Positions 59,036 to 64,000 of a DNA stretch of 64,000 nucleotides are shown here, piece after piece (positions within the stretch are counted from its first letter, which is position 1; the number at the start of each line of letters is the position of its first letter). The notes below the pieces were generated by a model that saw only the letters and a program-made list of their open reading frames with translations, was not told where the DNA came from and made no database searches. Both the position numbers and the translations under genes were made by a program. The DNA comes from an uncultured Verrucomicrobiota bacterium (GTDB lineage Bacteria > Verrucomicrobiota > Kiritimatiellia > CAIQIC01 > Lenti-01), in NCBI GenBank assembly GCA_937872095.1, contig CALMNW010000034.1:20107-84106 (forward strand), read 5' to 3'.

Positions 59036-59076
59036 GCCGCCGGCGGAGTTCCAATCTCCCCGGCGGCAATTCTTTT
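59036..59076 (+). terminator. Probable intrinsic terminator
   Basis: GCCGCCGG...CCGGCGGC hairpin followed by AATTCTTTT. Confidence 0.5.
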
Positions 59077-59091
59077 ACATGGAGGACCATA

Positions 59092-59316
59092 ATGCTGATA
59101 ACGCGAACGAGCATGATTTCCGGCAAGACCCATACAATGGAAGTCGATTGCACGGAAGAACAGCTTGCACGGTGGCATGCGGGTGAGAGAATCCAAGACT
59201 GCATGCCGGGCGTGCCGGCGCCGTTACGGGAATTTATGATGACGGGCACGACGCCGAAAGAATGGCGTCAGATGTTTGGCCGTCCGCCACGGATGCCTCG
59301 GCGCAGGCGGTCGTAG
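59092..59316 (+). CDS. Small phage-like hypothetical protein
   Basis: GGAGG SD; ITRTSMISGK..T...W..GERIQD.MP....REF.MTG.TP.EW pattern typical of small phage proteins. Confidence 0.6.
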   Translation: MLITRTSMISGKTHTMEVDCTEEQLARWHAGERIQDCMPGVPAPLREFMMTGTTPKEWRQMFGRPPRMPRRRRS

Positions 59317-59415
59317 GGGCAGGGCCGCCTTGTCGGGGGAGGGCTGCGGGATGACCGCGGCCCTTTTGTTAGCTATCGGCGGTTGGTATAGCAACGGCAG
59401 GCCAAGCCGAGTAGG

Positions 59416-59724
59416 ATGAGCCTAGTTGCCGTGCCCGACAAAGAAACCAGTCTAGCTCCTGAACCAGCCGAGTGGCCGATAGACGGCACGCTCGACCTGC
59501 ACCTGTTTCAGGCTAAAGATGTAGGCGATCTGATGCCGGGGTATCTGGCCGAGTGCCGCAAGCGGGGCATTCTGCAGGTCCGGATCGTGCACGGCAAGGG
59601 GACGGGACAGCTGCGGGAACGGGTGCACGCCGTCCTGCGGAAGCTGCCGGAGGTGGCTGGGTTTGGCATGGCGACGGAAGCGATGAGAGGGTGGGGGGCG
59701 ACGGTGGTGGAGATGAAACCTTGA
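59416..59724 (+). CDS. Stand-alone Smr/MutS2 domain protein
   Basis: PIDGTLDLH, VRIVHGKGTGQLR, GWGATVV. Confidence 0.85.
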   Translation: MSLVAVPDKETSLAPEPAEWPIDGTLDLHLFQAKDVGDLMPGYLAECRKRGILQVRIVHGKGTGQLRERVHAVLRKLPEVAGFGMATEAMRGWGATVVEMKP

Positions 59725-59998
59725 TAATCATGTGCCAAATGGTGCGTCAGAGGTGCGGGTAGACCGATTCACTAATATCCTAATAATCTCAATTATATAT
59801 CTATCGACTTGCTCGGTACAGGTGCATAAAATCCAGATTCGTCAAAGTGAATCGTCCAACTGGCATCGTTGGTTTGCGTCCGGAGAAGCCTTTATGTCTA
59901 GCAGTTGGCCTAGGAGGGTTCCGTGGAATCAGCTTTTATTCATATTGGGCGGGGCATTGTGTCAATCTGCATCAACGGGAGTGGGAAAGAGTGAAGCC

Positions 59999-62900
59999 AT
60001 GAAAAATGACACAACCCGATCATGTTCCGAGTCGATTACAAATCGGCGAGCCTTCGGTTGTAGCGGGCGAATTCATCGTGGCAGCCCAAATATACCGAGT
60101 GGAGGAAGAACGGTAGCGGCTATTTTTGTGGCGCTTGTGGAGTTTATCCTAACCGGTGCGGCCGGAACATGCTTCGCAGGATCAGCTCAGTTTGCGCCGC
60201 TCAACCCGGAATTCATCGACTACCAGCGGAGAGCGCAGGCTGATCAGCCGTCCGTGCGCGCTGAAGAGGGCGAGGAACTCCTGGGATATGTTCCGGCCTC
60301 TGTTAGCATCACGGCCATGGCCGGCACTAATCGCTTCAAGAAGGCAATGCCTCGCTCATTTCCTGCAACCTACGATCTAAGACAATCGGGGCGTCTTACT
60401 CCTGTCAAGGACCAGATAATTTCTGGCCCATGCTGGGCTTTCGCTGCCGTTGCGTCCCTCGAATCCTGTCTCACGCTTGAAGGGTCCAGCGACTTTTCAG
60501 AGAAGAACCTGGCCAATCTTCACGGGTGGGACTGGAGCCCAACCAATGGGGGGAATGGAATATTGGCGACCGCATACCTGTGCCGATGGGACGGCCCCGT
60601 CAATGAATCCGATGATCCTTACCCTGCCGGTGCGTGGCAAAGCAGTCTGCCCGGGCTGCCTGTCCAGAAGCACGTTCAGCAAGTCCGTATGATTTTCGGC
60701 AAGTCCAGTCCCACCGACAACGACGCCATCAAACAAGCGCTGACCGACTATGGCGCTGTCTTTGCCTCCTATTACCATGCGAACAGCTACTACAGCTCGG
60801 TCAACTCCGCCTATTACTATTCTGGGGCCAACAATGGCAACCATGGTGTTGCCATTGTCGGGTGGAATGACAATTTTGACCGCACGCGCTTTCCGGTGGC
60901 TGCCCCGTCCAACGGAGCCTACATCGTCAAGAACAGTTGGGGTACTGGGTGGGGCGATGCCGGATATTTCTATGTGTCATATTATGACACCAAATTTGCC
61001 CATGAAGACATGTTTGTATTTATGAACGCTGAACCCGTTGGCAACTACATGAAATGCTACCAATACGATCCGCTGGGATGGATCAGCTCTTTCAGGCAAC
61101 CATGGGCGGCGGCGATTTATACGGCCAGCGCATCGGAACCTCTTCAGGCGGTGGGCTTTTATTCTGCACAAGCGGCTAGCTACGAACTATACGTCTACAC
61201 TAATGTCGAAGCCGGAGCCCCTCGAAGCGGCACGCTTGCAAGCAGCATATCTGGCACTTTGCCGTCCGCAGGTTTCCACACGGTTTCACTGGCCGCGCCC
61301 GCCGCATTGGTGGCGGGACAGCGGTTTTCGATTGTTTTACGGCTGATAAACGGTGGCGATTATCCCCAGGCAATTGAATATGCATATAGCGGCCTAACCA
61401 GCGCGGCCACCGCCGCCCCCGGGCAGACCTTCTATAGCTCCGATGGCTCCCAATTCACCGATCTGACGGCACTTGAGTCGACAGCCAATTTTTGCATCAA
61501 AGGCTATACTGGTACAGATACGACTCCCCCGGGGGAGCCCACAATTTCGTCGACGACCCACCCGGACGAGAACGCCTGGTATGCCAATGGCAACCCGTCG
61601 TTTACCTGGACCACGCCATCCGACGCGGGCGGGATAGGCGGGTATAGTTATGTTCTGGACGGTTTGGCCACGACGATTCCGGACACCACGGCGGACGCGG
61701 CGGGGAATACAAAAACCTATTCAAGCATTCCCGACGGAACATGGTATTTCCATGTGCGGGCCAAGGACAATGCCGGCAACTGGGGCACGGTGGATCACTA
61801 TCGAGTGCAGATCGACAAAACAGCACCGACTTTCGGCAGCGTCGCGGTCAGTCCGACTCCGGCCAAACAGGGTGCGGCGGTTTCGATCACGTTCACGGCG
61901 TCCGAGACCCTGGCGGCCAATCCGACCGTAACGGTCAACAGCCACGCGGCGAGTTACAGCAGCAAGTCTGGGAATAACTACACGTACAGCTACACGGTCC
62001 TGTCGTCGGATTCCGACGGCGCCGCGGCAATCGCGATCTCCGGCGCGGACCGAGCGGGAAACGCCGGTTCGGGCAGCAGCACCTCGGCCCTGACCGTGGA
62101 CAAGACGCCGCCGACATGCGCCATCGTTCGCAACGACCCAAATCCGACGTCGGCTTCGACCGTGCATTTCAATGTGAACTTTAGCGAGAACGTGACAGGT
62201 TTTGTTCAGGCCGACGTCGATCTGACCGGCACAGCGCCCGGGAAGAGCATCACGGGCTTCAGCGGGGGGCCGCAAAACTTCGTCGTGACCGTCTCGGACA
62301 TCGGCGGAAGCGGGACCGTGGCGGTCGATGTGGACGCCGGCAAGTGCACAGACGCGGCGGGCAATCCCAACACGGTGGGCGCGGCAGCGAGCTACACAAT
62401 CGATCAGGGCGAAGTCGGCGTGACGATTACCCAGTCCGACGAAAGCACGGCGGTGACCGAGGGGGGAAGTTCCGACACCTATACGGTGGTTCTCAAGACG
62501 CAGCCGTCTGCAAATGTTGCCGTGACGGTCAGCCCGGGAAGCCAGTTGTCGGCATCGCCGACGACGCTGCCCTTCATTCCCGGCCAGTGGAACGTCGCCC
62601 AGACGGTCACGGTGAGCGCCGTGAACGACGCGCTATACGAAGGCCCGCACTCTGCAACGATTACGCATAGCGCCGCCAGCAGCGACGGCAACTATAACGG
62701 CATTCCTGTGACCAGCGTGGCGGTGACGATCACCGACAACGATGCTCCTCCGACGGTCCGCTTCGCTGCGGCGACCCAGTCCAAAGCCGAAAATAGCGGG
62801 ACGGCCTTGGTCACGGCGGAGCTTTCGGCTGTTTCCGGTCTGGCAGCCACAGTGCCGTTCACGCTATCGGGGTCGGCGTCGAACGGAGCAGACTTCACGG

Positions 62901-64000
62901 TAACGGCCAGCCCGATCATCATTGCCGCGGGCAGCACGAATGGAACCGCGACGATCACAATCGCCAACGATGCGCTGGACGAAGACGACGAGACGGTCGT
63001 CGTGACCATGGGCGTGCCGGCAAACGCAACCCAAGGGGCTACGATCGTCCACACGCTGACGATCACGGACGACGATGCGGCGCCCACGGTGGCTTTCACT
63101 TCCGGCAGCCAGACTAAGGGCGAGGGCGGCGGAACCGTGGCGGTTACGGCGCAACTCTCGACGGTGTCCTGCAAGAACATAAGCGTGCCGTTCACGGTAT
63201 CGGGGTCGGCAACAAACGGAGCTGACTATTCGATCACGGCCAGTCCGATCAACATCCCTGCAGGAAACGCCACCGGGAGCGCAACAATCACCATTGTTGA
63301 CGATGCTTTGACCGAGAGCAACGAGGCGGTCATCGTGACGATCGGAACGCCGGAGAACGCAACCAAAGGAACTCCGTCCGTCCACACGTTGACCATCACC
63401 GACAACGACACGCAGAGTCTGGTGGTGTCGCCGGCAGTTCTCAGCGTGCCAGAAGGTGGCACAGCGAGTTTTTCGTTGTGCCTAGCTAAGCAGCCTCAGT
63501 CAAGCGTGGCGGTAACGACCACTCGGATTAGCGGCGATACGGACCTCAGCGTCAGCGCTGGTGGGACGATCACCTTCAATTCCGAGGATTGGAATACGCC
63601 CAAAAACATAACGATTGTCGCGGCCCTAGACGAGGACGATATAAGCGGTAGCGCGGTCTTTGCTGTCTCATCGCCCGGGTTGACCACGGTCAATGTAACT
63701 GCAATCGAAGCCGACAAGGATGCAGAGCATCTCTGGATGATATATGTCGATGCAAGCCGCCCCGACGACAATGGAGATGGCTATTCGTGGGCAACGGCCA
63801 AGAAGACAATTCAGGCGGGCATCGACTTGGCAGCCGACGGAATGACGGTGCTGGTGACCAATGGCCTTAACAACATCGGCGGCCGGGTCACGCCAGGATA
63901 TACGCTCTCTAACCGGGTTGTCATTACCAAGGCCATCACCGTGCGCAGCGTCAACGGGCCTGAAGCAACAATAATTGAAGGCTCCGGGACGAATGCATAT
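59999..64000 (+). CDS. Large secreted papain-family (C1A) cysteine protease with lectin-like, Ig-like, Calx-beta and beta-helix-like domains; 3'-truncated by the window edge
   Basis: Manual translation: FPATYDLR..GRLTPVKDQIISGPCWAF (Cys 60431), NHGVAIVGW (His 60842), YIVKNSWG; these motifs and the last codons are in one frame; absent from the ORF track, consistent with no stop in the window. Confidence 0.85.
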   Translation, partial: MKNDTTRSCSESITNRRAFGCSGRIHRGSPNIPSGGRTVAAIFVALVEFILTGAAGTCFAGSAQFAPLNPEFIDYQRRAQADQPSVRAEEGEELLGYVPASVSITAMAGTNRFKKAMPRSFPATYDLRQSGRLTPVKDQIISGPCWAFAAVASLESCLTLEGSSDFSEKNLANLHGWDWSPTNGGNGILATAYLCRWDGPVNESDDPYPAGAWQSSLPGLPVQKHVQQVRMIFGKSSPTDNDAIKQALTDYGAVFASYYHANSYYSSVNSAYYYSGANNGNHGVAIVGWNDNFDRTRFPVAAPSNGAYIVKNSWGTGWGDAGYFYVSYYDTKFAHEDMFVFMNAEPVGNYMKCYQYDPLGWISSFRQPWAAAIYTASASEPLQAVGFYSAQAASYELYVYTNVEAGAPRSGTLASSISGTLPSAGFHTVSLAAPAALVAGQRFSIVLRLINGGDYPQAIEYAYSGLTSAATAAPGQTFYSSDGSQFTDLTALESTANFCIKGYTGTDTTPPGEPTISSTTHPDENAWYANGNPSFTWTTPSDAGGIGGYSYVLDGLATTIPDTTADAAGNTKTYSSIPDGTWYFHVRAKDNAGNWGTVDHYRVQIDKTAPTFGSVAVSPTPAKQGAAVSITFTASETLAANPTVTVNSHAASYSSKSGNNYTYSYTVLSSDSDGAAAIAISGADRAGNAGSGSSTSALTVDKTPPTCAIVRNDPNPTSASTVHFNVNFSENVTGFVQADVDLTGTAPGKSITGFSGGPQNFVVTVSDIGGSGTVAVDVDAGKCTDAAGNPNTVGAAASYTIDQGEVGVTITQSDESTAVTEGGSSDTYTVVLKTQPSANVAVTVSPGSQLSASPTTLPFIPGQWNVAQTVTVSAVNDALYEGPHSATITHSAASSDGNYNGIPVTSVAVTITDNDAPPTVRFAAATQSKAENSGTALVTAELSAVSGLAATVPFTLSGSASNGADFTVTASPIIIAAGSTNGTATITIANDALDEDDETVVVTMGVPANATQGATIVHTLTITDDDAAPTVAFTSGSQTKGEGGGTVAVTAQLSTVSCKNISVPFTVSGSATNGADYSITASPINIPAGNATGSATITIVDDALTESNEAVIVTIGTPENATKGTPSVHTLTITDNDTQSLVVSPAVLSVPEGGTASFSLCLAKQPQSSVAVTTTRISGDTDLSVSAGGTITFNSEDWNTPKNITIVAALDEDDISGSAVFAVSSPGLTTVNVTAIEADKDAEHLWMIYVDASRPDDNGDGYSWATAKKTIQAGIDLAADGMTVLVTNGLNNIGGRVTPGYTLSNRVVITKAITVRSVNGPEATIIEGSGTNAY

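Larger units (their letters stand above)
46448..64000. mobile_element. tRNA-targeted genomic island (IME/satellite-like), right end outside the window
   Basis: att fragment, adjacent integrase, HTH, primase, ori repeats, phage/plasmid-type genes, visible drop in GC at 46.5-49 kb; no second att seen. Confidence 0.75.

Noticed and set aside
59735-59830. Possible right att or tRNA remnant (AAATGGTGCG... followed by an AT-rich tract)
   Set aside because: No TTCGA T-loop and no match to the 45-nt att sequence

Overview
GC-rich bacterial window (style suggests a PVC-superphylum organism such as Kiritimatiellia; this is inference only). Almost all real genes are on the + strand. Three blocks: (1) 1-23.1 kb is a surface polysaccharide/glycan biosynthesis operon (GT2, several GT4s, Wzy/O-antigen ligase, PglC/PglE/PglF-like initiation genes, acyltransferases, GNAT, two ATP-grasp ligases, four deacetylase-fold proteins). 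(2) 23.1-46.3 kb, translationally coupled to block 1, is a RiPP-like cassette resembling the orphan 'SynChlorMet' radical SAM system. It contains an RRE-fused ScmE-like rSAM/SPASM, a tandem PqqD/RRE protein, an ScmF-like rSAM/SPASM and an HPr-kinase-like protein. A ~4,290-aa secreted gingipain (C25)-domain surface protein follows, then a Cys-repeat candidate precursor peptide with a YxxP leader, an S26 peptidase, a nucleotidyltransferase, an ABC exporter and an outer-membrane beta-barrel. (3) From 46.45 kb to beyond the window end is a genomic island starting at a 3' fragment of a tRNA(CAT) gene. It carries a tyrosine integrase, an excisionase-like HTH, a primase with an iteron-like origin, a beta-clamp homologue, PD-(D/E)XK/DUF932 genes, an Smr protein and a large papain-family protease that runs off the window and is absent from the ORF track. 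The top candidate for an undescribed system is block 2, in particular the likely precursor at 40185-40601. All family calls come from motif recognition by eye, not from database searches.
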